Of a stretch of 64,000 bases of DNA, positions 9,129 to 19,363 are shown one piece after another. Origin of the DNA: Alphaproteobacteria bacterium (GTDB lineage: Bacteria > Pseudomonadota > Alphaproteobacteria > Micavibrionales > Micavibrionaceae); contig JAOUOR010000003.1 in NCBI GenBank assembly GCA_029880245.1, positions 824 to 64,823 of the forward strand. Reading direction: 5' to 3'. The notes below the pieces were generated by a model, which saw only the letters and a list, made by a program, of their open reading frames with translations, was not told where the DNA came from and did no database searches. Both the position numbers and the translations under genes were made by a program. Positions within the stretch are counted from its first letter, which is position 1; each line of letters begins with the position of its first letter.

Positions 9129-10472
9129 TTAAGCTGCTTCTTTGTAGCTCATTAGGCGTTCTTTGGCTTTTTCGGGGCCGATCAGTAGGAGGAGTTTATC
9201 AAGCTCCGGTCCGTGATCCATGCCTGTTAAAGCCTGCCGAAGCGGCATAAAAAGTTGCTTGCCCTTGCGGCCAGTTTTTTCCTTCACGGCATTGGTCCAG
9301 CCCATCCACGTATTCTCATCCCAAGGCGCAGGAGGCAGGAGTTCAAGCGCGTCTTTAATAAATTCCGGTTCCTCAATAACAGGGGTCACAGGGCCTTTGG
9401 CAACATTCCACCATTCACTGACATCTCTCAAGCGTTCCAGATTCGGGCGCACAGCTTTCCAGAAATCTTCGTCAAGATCGCCTAGTCCCATATTGGACAG
9501 GCGTACTTGCACATCCTCAAACGGAGTCTCATGCAGGATTTTCGAGTTCAAACGCAAAAGTTCTTCTGTGTCGAATTTTGGTGTGCCGCGGGAGAATTTA
9601 CTGATGTCAAAGCCAGCAATCACATCTTTCATGTCTGTGAAAACTTCGATGGGGTCGGATGTGCCAAGACGCGCAAGGAGACTGACTACGGCCATAGGCT
9701 CAAGCTCGTCTTCATCTCTGACATCTTTGATGCTAAGAGAACCAAGGCGTTTGGATAGTTTTCCTCCCTCCTTATCGGATAGTAAAGGCAAATGTGCAAA
9801 TTCCGGCGGCTTGGCTCCCAAAGCTTCAAACATCTGAATATGGCAAGCTGTGTTAGAGACATGATCCTCGCCGCGAATTACATGGGTGATACCGTATTCG
9901 ATATCATCAATCACCGAACATAAATGATAAAGCGGGCTACCATCCTCTCTAATGAGTACGGGATCAGAAAGGTCAGCGCCTTCAAACTTAACATCACCGC
10001 GCACCAGATCGTTCCATTCGATAGGGGCGTGCTCCAGCTTAAAACGCCAATGCGGCTGACGGCCTTCGGCTTCATATTTCACAATTTGTTCTTCTGTGAG
10101 ATTTAAAGACTCACGATCATAAATCGGGGGTAGTCCGCGTGAAAGCTGGCTCTTGCGCTTTAAGGCGAGTTCATCGGCGCTCTCGTAACAGGCATAAAGA
10201 CGGCCATCTTTCTTGAGTTGTTCTATTTTAGTTTCGTAAATATCAAGGCGGTCGCGCTGGCGGGCTTTTTCATCCCAATCCATGCCCATCCAGATCAGTC
10301 CGTCTTCGATTGCTAACTCATATTCGGTCTTGGAGCGCTCTTGGTCCGTATCATCTATGCGAAGCAAAAACTCAGCCTTATTGGCGCGGGCAAAAAGCCA
10401 CGTAATTAGGGCTGTGCGGGCATTGCCGATATGAAGGTAACCTGTAGGGGATGGCGCAAAGCGAACTTTCAT
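9129..10472 (-). CDS. gltX: glutamate--tRNA ligase
   Basis: HIGH-type motif (SPTGYLHIGNARTAL) and KMSKS-type motif (KLSKR). 447 aa. Confidence 0.95.
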   Translation of the reverse strand: MKVRFAPSPTGYLHIGNARTALITWLFARANKAEFLLRIDDTDQERSKTEYELAIEDGLIWMGMDWDEKARQRDRLDIYETKIEQLKKDGRLYACYESADELALKRKSQLSRGLPPIYDRESLNLTEEQIVKYEAEGRQPHWRFKLEHAPIEWNDLVRGDVKFEGADLSDPVLIREDGSPLYHLCSVIDDIEYGITHVIRGEDHVSNTACHIQMFEALGAKPPEFAHLPLLSDKEGGKLSKRLGSLSIKDVRDEDELEPMAVVSLLARLGTSDPIEVFTDMKDVIAGFDISKFSRGTPKFDTEELLRLNSKILHETPFEDVQVRLSNMGLGDLDEDFWKAVRPNLERLRDVSEWWNVAKGPVTPVIEEPEFIKDALELLPPAPWDENTWMGWTNAVKEKTGRKGKQLFMPLRQALTGMDHGPELDKLLLLIGPEKAKERLMSYKEAA

Positions 10473-10555
10473 TCTTTTTCTTTCATAATTCCAAACGTAC
10501 TTTGCTATAGCGCGTTAGACGCTGATTTTCAATGAAAACCTTTATCCTCTATAAT

Positions 10556-10634
10556 GTCATCCCCGCGAAGGCGGGGATCTGGTCATCATATAGCAAGATT
10601 TGTTTTCTGGATGCCCGAATAAATCGGGCATGAC
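10556..10634. repeat. 79-nt palindromic MITE-like element (intergenic copy)
   Basis: GTCATCCCCGCGAAGGCGGGGATC ... GATGCCCGAATAAATCGGGCATGAC. The termini are inverted (GTCATCCCC / GGGCATGAC) and each arm holds its own hairpin. The 5' arm resembles the element inside uvrA at 27197. Confidence 0.6.
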
Positions 10635-10647
10635 GATTTGGTGAAAA

Positions 10648-11424
10648 TTACTTCTTTTGATCTCGGATGAACACATAATTTTTCTCATCCGATAAATCAG
10701 CGGCGAAGGCATATCCGTCCATATTAAAATCTTTAAGCTTTTCCGGTGTTTCAATGCGGTTCTGGACTATATAGCGGGCCATAGCTCCTCGTGCACGTTT
10801 AGCGAACAGGCCGATGGTTTTTGGAACACCGTTTTTGATTTCCTTAAAATGGCAGGTGATAAAATTCCCTTCCAGTTTTTTGGGCTTAATGGCTTTGATA
10901 TATTCATTGGAGGCTAAACAGATCACAGTGCGGTCTTTATGGTCTTTCGTGGCTTTGTTACAGGATTCGGTTAGTATGTCACCCCAGAAATCATAGAGGT
11001 CTTCGCCGCGCGGATTGCCAAGCTTTGTCCCCATTTCCAGACGATAGGGCTGGATCAGGTCAAGCGGACGCAGCAGACCATACAGGCCGGATAAAAGACC
11101 AAGATGGTTTTGTGCAAAGTTCAGATCATTTTCATTTAAGCTATCGGCGTCAAGACCGATATAGGTGTCTCCGCGAAAAGCAAATATAGCGGGGCGCGCA
11201 TTGGCTGAGGTGAAAGGCGTAGAAAAGCTCTTGTAACGATCAAAATTTAGCTTTCCTAAATTATCTGATAGGCTCATCAGGCTTCGGATTTCGCTTTCAG
11301 ATTTCTCCTTTAAGATATCAACCAGTTTTTGCGATTCACCAAGAAGCTCTGGCTGGCTGTGTTTGCCGGCCAGCCATTCTGATACAAAATCCAATTTTTT
11401 TGCAGGTGATATTAAGGCCAGCAT
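10648..11424 (-). CDS. yaaA: peroxide stress protein YaaA (UPF0246/DUF328)
   Basis: N-terminal MLALISPAKKLDF and overall length of 258 aa are typical of the YaaA family. Confidence 0.75.
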   Translation of the reverse strand: MLALISPAKKLDFVSEWLAGKHSQPELLGESQKLVDILKEKSESEIRSLMSLSDNLGKLNFDRYKSFSTPFTSANARPAIFAFRGDTYIGLDADSLNENDLNFAQNHLGLLSGLYGLLRPLDLIQPYRLEMGTKLGNPRGEDLYDFWGDILTESCNKATKDHKDRTVICLASNEYIKAIKPKKLEGNFITCHFKEIKNGVPKTIGLFAKRARGAMARYIVQNRIETPEKLKDFNMDGYAFAADLSDEKNYVFIRDQKK

Positions 11425-13064
11425 TATGGCTCCTTAAGTGTGTTCGTATAAGCATTTGCAATCGGATAGCGGCGCTCTTTGGTAAAGGCACAAGTTGTAA
11501 TTTTTGTGCCCGGCGGAGATTGTCTGCGCTTATATTCCGAATTTTTGAGTAATGCGGCAATTTTTTGGACTATCTCAGGGTTTTTGTCACAGAGATCCTT
11601 TTTAGCAAAAAGTTCTTCATCTGTTATTTGTGACCAATCCAGATGCGCATATTCAACCAAAACCTGCAAAATTGTATCAAGCATATCATAAGGCGGCAGG
11701 CTGTCTTGGTCGGTTTGGTCCTTGCGTAGCTCTGCGGACGGGGCTTTGGTGAGGATGTTCTCTGGGATAACCTTACTTTGTGTATTACGCCATTTGGCTA
11801 GTCTATAAACATCGGTTTTATAAACGTCTTTAAGGGCGTTCCAGCCGCCGTTCATATCACCGTAAATTGTGGCATAGCCCACAGCCATCTCGGACTTATT
11901 GCCCGTGGTCAGGAGCATACTCCCCCTAGCATTGGATAGAGCCATCAGGATTAGGCCGCGCGTGCGTGATTGCATATTCTCATGAGCCAGATCTTTGAGA
12001 TCGGGAATTATTTTCTCGAAAGTTTTCACTGCGTCTTTGATTTCAATAATTTCATAAGATGTACCGAGACGCTTGGCACATTTCTTTGCATCGTCCAGAC
12101 TATCTTTGGAGGTAAATTTAGAAGGCAGCATTATACATTGCACATTTTCTTTGCCCAGAGCATCTACGGCAATGGCTGCGCTCAAGGCGCTGTCTATACC
12201 ACCGGAAAGGCCGAGAATAACACTCTTAAAGCCGCTTTTGCGGATATAGTCTTTCAGTCCGGTTTTAAGAGCTTCATAGATTAGCTTTAATTCATCTTCT
12301 TCAATTTTAATCGGAGCTTTGTGCTGAATTTCTGAAGTTTTTATATGCAGGATATGATCTTTGAAGGCAGGTGCTTGCTCGATTATATCGCCGAAACTGT
12401 TCATCACGAAGCTGCGCCCGTCAAAGGCAAGTTCGTCTTGTCCGCCAATCATGTTGAGATAAAGAAGCGGCGCTTTTGCCAGTTCAGTGGCCTTGCGGCA
12501 AACACGCAGGCGCTCGCTCATTTTGGTTTCATCAAACGGGCTACCGTTTATAGAGAGCATAAGATCAATCTTGTGTCTTCCAAAATGTGCCGGAATATTA
12601 TCAAACCAGATATCCCTGCAGATTAAAATGCCAAGCTTTAGTCCGCAAAATTCGATCGGGGAGGGAAGTGGTCCTGCTTCAAAAATGCGGTCTTCATCAT
12701 ATACGCCATAAGTCGGAAGCAGGTGCTTACTTTGGGTATGTTTGATTGTGCCGTTATCAATCAGGTAAACCGCATTATAGGTTTTCCCGTCTTTACGGTA
12801 AGGGGCAGGTATGAGGGCAGCACTTTTAAAGTTTTTGGACTTTTCCTGAAGGGATTTTATGGTGTCTTCAACATCACATAAGAATCCATAGTTCAGGATT
12901 AAATCTTCAGGCGGGTATCCGCTCAGAAAAAGCTCGGGAAAGACAACAAGATGGCTATTTGCATCGTTTTCCTTCCAGATTTTGATTATTTTTTTTGCAT
13001 TACCCTCAAGGTCGCCGACGACCGGATTAAGCTGTGCCAATGTTATGTTTAGGTTGGCACTCAA
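11424..13064 (-). CDS. nadE: glutamine-dependent NAD+ synthetase
   Basis: N-terminal CN-hydrolase (nitrilase-like) domain (FPELFLSGY, ICRDIW) plus a C-terminal NAD synthetase PP-loop (LGLSGGIDSA). 546 aa. Confidence 0.9.
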   Translation of the reverse strand: MSANLNITLAQLNPVVGDLEGNAKKIIKIWKENDANSHLVVFPELFLSGYPPEDLILNYGFLCDVEDTIKSLQEKSKNFKSAALIPAPYRKDGKTYNAVYLIDNGTIKHTQSKHLLPTYGVYDEDRIFEAGPLPSPIEFCGLKLGILICRDIWFDNIPAHFGRHKIDLMLSINGSPFDETKMSERLRVCRKATELAKAPLLYLNMIGGQDELAFDGRSFVMNSFGDIIEQAPAFKDHILHIKTSEIQHKAPIKIEEDELKLIYEALKTGLKDYIRKSGFKSVILGLSGGIDSALSAAIAVDALGKENVQCIMLPSKFTSKDSLDDAKKCAKRLGTSYEIIEIKDAVKTFEKIIPDLKDLAHENMQSRTRGLILMALSNARGSMLLTTGNKSEMAVGYATIYGDMNGGWNALKDVYKTDVYRLAKWRNTQSKVIPENILTKAPSAELRKDQTDQDSLPPYDMLDTILQVLVEYAHLDWSQITDEELFAKKDLCDKNPEIVQKIAALLKNSEYKRRQSPPGTKITTCAFTKERRYPIANAYTNTLKEP

Positions 13065-13069
13065 TGTGT

Positions 13070-14464
13070 TTACTCCGCTGATGTAAGAAAGCTCTCACGG
13101 GCGAAGGCCTCATCATTTCGCAAGGATCTTAGCTCATCAGAAATCAGAAAGGCCATTTCCAGAGCCTGATTGGCATTTAGCCTTGGATCACAATGTGTGT
13201 GATAACGGCTGGAAAGATCTTCATCACCAATTGATTCTGCACCGCCTACACATTCTGTGACATTTTGTCCGGTCATCTCAATATGAATACCTCCGGGATG
13301 TGTGCCTTCGTTTTTGTGGACAGCAAAAAAGCCTTTAACTTCGCCTAAAATATTGTCAAAGGGCCGTGTTTTATATCCGGAAGAAGATGTAATTGTGTTG
13401 CCGTGCATTGGATCGCAGGACCAAACAACATGTCGTCCCTCTGACTTAATGGCCCGTACAAGCGGTGTTAGTTTTTCAATAACATCTTTATGACCCATGC
13501 GCGAGATCAGGGTCAGGCGGCCCGGAATATTTTCAGGATTTAAGATATCCACAAGTTTCAAAAGCTCGTCAGTACTCATCGCAGGCGAGCATTTCAATCC
13601 AATCGGGTTTTTAATACCTCTGGCAAATTCAACTTGCGCATTTTCACTTTGATGGGTGCGCGCACCGATCCACAGCATATGGGCCGAGGTGTCATACCAG
13701 TCACCTGTCAGACTGTCTTCACGTGTCAGGGCTTCTTCATAGGGAAGAAGCAAGGCTTCGTGAGAAGTATAGAAGCTGGTTTCACGTAAGGATGGCACGT
13801 TATTGGCATTGATGCCGCAAGCATCCATAAAGCGTAGTGCATCTGTGATATGGCTTGCAAGCTGTTCGTAACGCTCACCCAAAGGACTATCAGTTACAAA
13901 TCCCAGATTCCATTTATGTACTTTGTTCAAATCGGCATAGCCACCTTGCGCAAAAGCTCTGAGCAGATTCAAAGTTGCTGAGGCTTGATGGTAGGCTTTA
14001 ACCATGCGTTGCGGATCAGGTGTGCGTGCGTCTTCTGCGAAATCCAAGGCATTGATAATATCGCCGCGATAGCTTGGCAAAGTTACATCATCCTGGGTTT
14101 CTGTATCGCTGGAACGTGGTTTGGCAAATTGTCCGGCAATGCGCCCGACTTTGACAATTGGCATAGAACCGGAATACGTCATTACTACGGCCATTTGTAA
14201 AATAACACGAAATGTATCACGGATTTTATTAGCATTAAATTCTGCAAAGCTCTCGGCGCAATCTCCGCCTTGCAGTAAAAATCCTTCACCTTTAGCCACT
14301 TTACCCAAAGATTTTTGTAAGGATCGGGCTTCACCTGCAAAAACAAGGGGCGGAAATTTTGCAATTTCATCTTCGGCAGCCTTCAGAGCAGCTTCATCCT
14401 TATAATCGGGCAGTTGAAGGGCCGGCTTATCTCTCCAGCTTTTTGGTGTCCATTTATGTGTCAT
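13070..14464 (-). CDS. class II 3-deoxy-7-phosphoheptulonate (DAHP) synthase
   Basis: 464 aa. N-terminal [27 protein letters not shown] and CDPMHGN are characteristic of plant-like class II DAHP synthases. Confidence 0.9.
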   Translation of the reverse strand: MTHKWTPKSWRDKPALQLPDYKDEAALKAAEDEIAKFPPLVFAGEARSLQKSLGKVAKGEGFLLQGGDCAESFAEFNANKIRDTFRVILQMAVVMTYSGSMPIVKVGRIAGQFAKPRSSDTETQDDVTLPSYRGDIINALDFAEDARTPDPQRMVKAYHQASATLNLLRAFAQGGYADLNKVHKWNLGFVTDSPLGERYEQLASHITDALRFMDACGINANNVPSLRETSFYTSHEALLLPYEEALTREDSLTGDWYDTSAHMLWIGARTHQSENAQVEFARGIKNPIGLKCSPAMSTDELLKLVDILNPENIPGRLTLISRMGHKDVIEKLTPLVRAIKSEGRHVVWSCDPMHGNTITSSSGYKTRPFDNILGEVKGFFAVHKNEGTHPGGIHIEMTGQNVTECVGGAESIGDEDLSSRYHTHCDPRLNANQALEMAFLISDELRSLRNDEAFARESFLTSAE

Positions 14465-14625
14465 TTTTCTAATATACTTATGTTTGAAAGTTCATGCTTG
14501 CTTCAAAAGAAGAGTTATGCCTTAATCCGCAAAGAATGGCAATGATTAAGCATATTTCATTACAATTAAACGTGCTTGGAGTTGTCCTTGTAAAAGAAGG
14601 TATTAATTGGTAATAATATTACAAC

Positions 14626-15732
14626 ATGGCTGGTTCATTTATTTTAGACAGTATTAAAATTAGTGAAGCATTTCGTGTGCGCTTTTCTGATGTCCTTGAA
14701 AATGAGGTTGATTCTAGTGATTTGTGTTTTCCCAAAGAGGATATTCTGGCTAGGCATAATGAATTAACCTCTGGTCTGGAACAAAATCTGCAAAGAGCCG
14801 AGAACCGACTGGGTTATATTTTTGAAGAAGGTCTTGATCATGATACTGAAAACAACAAAACAATAGAAACTCTTGATTGTTTGAGTGATGAGCAGGGCGA
14901 TCCGGTTAGCTTATATTCGATGGCGTTATTCGCTACGCATAAATTTGGTGTTCCATTAGAGCAAGAGGAACTTATTTTTCCGTTATTGGCTGCTGCGGTT
15001 CTAGGTGAGATCGAACATGATTTACCCTATCACAATAATTTTCATTTTCGTAAAGTCATGCTGCACGCGATACGTTTAATAACTGTGCATAACAGGCTTT
15101 TTGAAAATAAAAAAAGAGAACTGGATGCTCAGAGTATATGCAAATTATTGACGGCGGCTCTTATCCATGATCTGGGGCATGACGGGAAGAATAACTATAT
15201 TGACGGTAATTATGAATTTGCCAGACTTGAACTTCGCTCTTTCGATTTGTTTTTACCGGTTTTAAATGCTCTGAGTGTGCCTAAGGAATTTATTTCTGAT
15301 GTGATGGTTATGCTGATAACAACGGATGTTTTGCCCTTCGGCCATCCGATGAGCCCGGCAAATCAGATGTCTGCGGCTTATGATTATCATTTCGGAATGA
15401 GCAGTGAGGACTTGCCTGAGTTGTCTTCGGAACTGGCTATATTGGAAGAACGGCAAGACTTAACCATAATGTGTATGATGTTACATGCTGCTGATCTTAT
15501 GAATTCTATGGGCTTAAGTTATGAAGTTACAAAATGCGAAAGTTTTGCCGTCAATAAGGAAATTGGTAAAGAGAAAACAACGCCCGATGATATCTGGTTG
15601 TTCTTGAATAAAATTTGTCAAAATCCATTGATGTTGGAGGCTGCACAAATTTTAGCAGAAAAGCCTATGCAGGAAATATATAGGCAAGTTCGGGATGATG
15701 TATCAGCTTCGGTGTCATCTATAAAATGTTAG
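14626..15732 (+). CDS. class I (eukaryote-type) 3',5'-cyclic-nucleotide phosphodiesterase-like HD-domain protein
   Basis: YHNNFHFRKVMLH (HNxxH), HDLGHDGKNNYI at nt 15166..15201 (fits H-D-[LIVMFY]-x-H-x-[AG]-x(2)-[NQ]-x-[LIVMFY]) and LHAADLMNS (compare the PDE motif hCADLSNP). 368 aa. Confidence 0.55.
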   Translation: MAGSFILDSIKISEAFRVRFSDVLENEVDSSDLCFPKEDILARHNELTSGLEQNLQRAENRLGYIFEEGLDHDTENNKTIETLDCLSDEQGDPVSLYSMALFATHKFGVPLEQEELIFPLLAAAVLGEIEHDLPYHNNFHFRKVMLHAIRLITVHNRLFENKKRELDAQSICKLLTAALIHDLGHDGKNNYIDGNYEFARLELRSFDLFLPVLNALSVPKEFISDVMVMLITTDVLPFGHPMSPANQMSAAYDYHFGMSSEDLPELSSELAILEERQDLTIMCMMLHAADLMNSMGLSYEVTKCESFAVNKEIGKEKTTPDDIWLFLNKICQNPLMLEAAQILAEKPMQEIYRQVRDDVSASVSSIKC

Positions 15733-15743
15733 TATTGTTGGGT

Positions 15744-16613
15744 TTATGATTTCCATCTACGGTGAAGCCACATCCATTGCTCCGGGTTTTCTGTGATCCA
15801 GCTTTCCAGTAGGCGATGTGCATCTTCTATAACATCTATGATTTCACGGGGATTACCTTTTTCATCAAACACCGGAATAGGGTCATAGATTTTGAGTTTT
15901 ACATGACATCCATCTTGCCTGATGTTGCGTACAGGCACTAAGGGGCATTTAAATCTCTGACATAACTTAACAAATATTGGGTTGGTCATGGCGGGCATCC
16001 CAAAAAATTCAGCTTCCAGCCCTTCATTATATTTCTGATCAATCAAAATACCGATCATATGATTTTCTTTCATGGCGCGCATGATATGGATGCCGCTTTC
16101 CTGAGATTTTTGATAGGCTTTTAGCTTACCATTTAATGTGCGGGCTTTTTCAAGCAGGCGTGCAGTCCATGGATTATTAGGAGCACGGTAGGTAATATCA
16201 ATGGGATTGTTTAGCTGTGTATAGGCAGCCATACAATTAACTTCCCAATTGGCCATATGTGGGCCTATAAAAATGGCGGGTTGTTTTCGAGTAAGAAGAT
16301 TTTCAAAGATTTCTGCGCCTTCAATGGTTGTATATTCACGGCTAATGGTTTCCAGATGTGGATATTCGGCGATAACACGGCCCAGATTTTCCCACATGCC
16401 GCGGATGATTTTTTTTTGCTCTTCTTTAGTTGTGTCCGGTAGAGCCATAGATAAATGGTGGTAAGCTTTGCGGCTGGCCGCAAGTTTCGGACCTATAGTA
16501 CCGCCAAGCCATCCGCCTATATTCGAGGCAGTTTGTGGGGGAAGAATTTTGAAAAAATAAAATAGCAGGCTGAGGCCGAAACCTTCTAATGTGTAGCGCA
16601 AGGATTTTATCAT
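15744..16613 (-). CDS. lpxL: lipid A biosynthesis lauroyl/late acyltransferase (LpxL/HtrB family)
   Basis: HMANWE (HX4D/E-type acyltransferase motif), 289 aa, last gene of the waaA-lpxK-lpxL run with 4-nt overlaps. Confidence 0.75.
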   Translation of the reverse strand: MIKSLRYTLEGFGLSLLFYFFKILPPQTASNIGGWLGGTIGPKLAASRKAYHHLSMALPDTTKEEQKKIIRGMWENLGRVIAEYPHLETISREYTTIEGAEIFENLLTRKQPAIFIGPHMANWEVNCMAAYTQLNNPIDITYRAPNNPWTARLLEKARTLNGKLKAYQKSQESGIHIMRAMKENHMIGILIDQKYNEGLEAEFFGMPAMTNPIFVKLCQRFKCPLVPVRNIRQDGCHVKLKIYDPIPVFDEKGNPREIIDVIEDAHRLLESWITENPEQWMWLHRRWKS

Positions 16614-17614
16614 TCCTCTGCTATCCCTGATAAAGCATTCTTGATGAATTCAGCCAGTTTTTCCTCATCATTCCATTCTATGGCAATAGGATATGCTGTT
16701 ATTTTTTTCTGATTTTTCTGTGACAGACGTAAATGATCTTTTTCTGTGGTTATAAGATCTGCATTATGTCTTGCAGCACGTTCATAAAGTGTATTTATGT
16801 CCTGATCGGAATAGGGGTGGTGATCTGGAAAGCTTTTAAAACCGCAGAGCTTAATATTATTTTTTTCTAACGTACGAAGGAATTTATCGGGATGACCAAT
16901 TCCTGCAAAACCGTAATAGGTCTTGGATGTGTTACCGGTAAATTTAGGCACAATTTTACCTTCGAAAACTGGCACATCAGAAGGAATTTTCTCTTTTATG
17001 CCTCTTTGGTCTTCACCAATAAAAAGAACGGCATTGGCACGTCTTAACCCTACATCCAGAGTTTCGCGTAAAGGGCCGGCAGGAATTAACTTGCCGTTTC
17101 CTAACCCTTGAGAGCCGTTAATAACCAAAAAAGTTAAATCCTTGTGCAGGGATAAGTTTTGCATGCCATCATCCATCAGAATTATGTCATGGCCCAGTTC
17201 TTGGGCGTATTCGCCCCCTTTATAGCGGATTCGGCTAATGATGGTCGGGCATTGTCTGGCCAGTAATAGCGGCTCGTCTCCTACTTCAAGGGCGTTGTTC
17301 TTCTGTGTATCAATTTTAAGAGGTCCTATTTCCATTCCGCCATAACCTCTGGACAAAAAACACGGATTTTTTGCCAGATTATGCTTTTCGATCAAGCGAT
17401 GAATAGATTGCAATGCAGGAGTTTTTCCACTTCCGCCTGCAATGATATTGCCAACACAAATCACTGGTATTTTAACGGAGCGTTTCTTGGTTGTTTTCAG
17501 ATTTATAAAATGGCCAAGTCCATATAGGGCACTAAAAGGATTTAGCATTTTTTCTAAAGCTGGCGTATCTTCCCGTTTGGTCCGGTACCAGAAGCTAGGG
17601 GCTCTGCGCATCAT
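16610..17614 (-). CDS. lpxK: tetraacyldisaccharide 4'-kinase
   Basis: P-loop VGNIIAGGSGKTP typical of LpxK. 334 aa. Overlaps waaA and lpxL by 4 nt each. Confidence 0.85.
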   Translation of the reverse strand: MMRRAPSFWYRTKREDTPALEKMLNPFSALYGLGHFINLKTTKKRSVKIPVICVGNIIAGGSGKTPALQSIHRLIEKHNLAKNPCFLSRGYGGMEIGPLKIDTQKNNALEVGDEPLLLARQCPTIISRIRYKGGEYAQELGHDIILMDDGMQNLSLHKDLTFLVINGSQGLGNGKLIPAGPLRETLDVGLRRANAVLFIGEDQRGIKEKIPSDVPVFEGKIVPKFTGNTSKTYYGFAGIGHPDKFLRTLEKNNIKLCGFKSFPDHHPYSDQDINTLYERAARHNADLITTEKDHLRLSQKNQKKITAYPIAIEWNDEEKLAEFIKNALSGIAEE

Positions 17615-18930
17615 AATTTTATTGTCCTGTTCGCCTTGCTTATTGGGCGTTTAGTATAAATACCTTCAATCTCGGGCCTTAATGTATCCAGAACACCTAA
17701 AGCTGTGCCCGATTTGTCTTTAGAAAAGTTATAAGCCGTATTTTTGAAATTTTCCACCTTTTCCGGTTCTTTCAGGAGTTCTTTTACAGCATTTGCAAGC
17801 AAAATTTCGGAGTTTACCTTCCATGCGGCGCTGTTTTGTTCCATTTCATCAAAAATTTCCTGCAAATTCTGTACATTTGGCCCATAAAGTACGGCACATT
17901 CCAGTTGCGCGGCTTCAATAGGGTTATGCCCTCCACCTCCATCATTGCTGAATGATCTGCCGATACAGGCAATATCAGCGAGACGGTAAAATAATCCTAA
18001 CTCGCCCAATGTATCGACTATATAGATATCTGTACGATCATAAGGAAGTTTTTTATCCTCTCCTCGCAGCAGAACATCCAGAGTGTAAGCCTTGCATTTT
18101 TCTTCTATTTCTTTACGGCGTTCAGGATGACGCGGCACGATGATGGTTAATAGCTCGGGAAAAGTTTTTTTGAGAATTTGATGGATACGGCAGGCCATTT
18201 CCTCTTCACCGTCATGGGTGCTGGCGAAAAGCCAGAATTTTCGACCATTAAGAGCAAGTTTAGTTTTAGTCAGGGAATCAGTGTCATAAGCCAGTGGTGC
18301 TGCGCTATACTTGATATTACCCGAAACCGAGACGTCTGAGGCTCCCAGCTTTTGGTAATATTGTGCATCGGCTTTGGTTTGGCACAGTATTTTTTTAAAG
18401 GTGGAAAGCATGTCTCTGGTTAAAGGCTTTAATAGTGCCCAGTTTCGGTAGGATTTAGGGGACATTCTTGCATTAATTAAAAATGCCGGAATATTCTTGC
18501 TTTTTATTACGGCCAGCATATTTGGCCAAAGTTCGGATTCCATCCAGAGGATCAGATCAGGGTTCCAGTGTTCTATGAATGTCTTGGTCCATATGGGGTG
18601 ATCAAAAGGGTAGTATTGATGAACGGTATTATCCGGCAAATCCTTGGTCATGATTTGCGCAGATGTTTTGGTTCCGGTTGTGACAAGGAAAAAAATATCC
18701 GGATATTCATATCTGATTTTATTTATTAGGATCAGGGCGGAACGTGCTTCACCAATACTGGCAGCATGGATCCATACTAGCGGTGCATCGGGCCGTTTTT
18801 CAGTTATAATAGCTTTTTTTTCAACGTATCGCTTTGGGTCTTCCTTGTTTTTATCCCGTCGTTTCTCCAGAAGTTTTTCTAGAAAGAATGAAGCGTTTTT
18901 TGTGATGTGATAATATAATTTGTACATCAA
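17611..18930 (-). CDS. waaA: 3-deoxy-D-manno-octulosonic acid (Kdo) transferase
   Basis: WIHAASIGEA motif near the N-terminus and a glycosyltransferase N/C domain layout. 439 aa. Confidence 0.9.
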   Translation of the reverse strand: MMYKLYYHITKNASFFLEKLLEKRRDKNKEDPKRYVEKKAIITEKRPDAPLVWIHAASIGEARSALILINKIRYEYPDIFFLVTTGTKTSAQIMTKDLPDNTVHQYYPFDHPIWTKTFIEHWNPDLILWMESELWPNMLAVIKSKNIPAFLINARMSPKSYRNWALLKPLTRDMLSTFKKILCQTKADAQYYQKLGASDVSVSGNIKYSAAPLAYDTDSLTKTKLALNGRKFWLFASTHDGEEEMACRIHQILKKTFPELLTIIVPRHPERRKEIEEKCKAYTLDVLLRGEDKKLPYDRTDIYIVDTLGELGLFYRLADIACIGRSFSNDGGGGHNPIEAAQLECAVLYGPNVQNLQEIFDEMEQNSAAWKVNSEILLANAVKELLKEPEKVENFKNTAYNFSKDKSGTALGVLDTLRPEIEGIYTKRPISKANRTIKL

Positions 18931-19001
18931 AAGCGTTTTTTACCTTCGTATATGGTGCGGAATTTTATGATATAGATGTTACTTTAACATGGGAAGAGCT
19001 T

Positions 19002-19349
19002 ATGGCTGAGAGTAAGGCTTCAAGGCACAGAAAAAAAGAAAAACCTAAAAAATCCCTCAATAGATTAGCGCGGCGCGGGATCATAAAACGTGCCATGGAT
19101 AATTTGCGTGCAACCCGTGAGAATTTATTGGAGCATAATCCAGATTTTTTTAGAGATATTCGCGCTAGGCTGGGGAGGAAAAATGTCATTTTTTTTGAAA
19201 GACCTGCACAAAAAGAGTTTGTCATTGTCGATGCAGAGAAAAACCGTGAGGCTGTTAAGAAATTTATGAATAATGTTCCCGAGGAAGAATCTGAGTTCAA
19301 AACCAAAGTCAAAGCGATTCTAGAGCAACAGGAAAACTCAATTCACTAA
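19002..19349 (+). CDS. hypothetical basic protein
   Basis: 115-aa ORF. The plus-strand reading looks more protein-like than the fully overlapping minus ORF 18965..19312 (Ser/Phe/Leu-rich). No motif recognised. Confidence 0.35.
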   Translation: MAESKASRHRKKEKPKKSLNRLARRGIIKRAMDNLRATRENLLEHNPDFFRDIRARLGRKNVIFFERPAQKEFVIVDAEKNREAVKKFMNNVPEEESEFKTKVKAILEQQENSIH

Positions 19350-19363
19350 AAATCTTTAAAAAC

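Noticed and set aside
10557-10754. 65-aa ORF on the minus strand between gltX and yaaA
   Set aside because: Most of it is a translation of the palindromic repeat element (10556..10634), and it overlaps the yaaA 3' end. This is a typical artefactual ORF generated by a MITE.
18965-19312. 115-aa minus-strand ORF fully overlapping 19002..19349 (+)
   Set aside because: Only one of the two can reasonably be real. The minus ORF is Ser/Phe/Leu-rich with low-complexity character, so I kept the plus-strand ORF, but only at low confidence.
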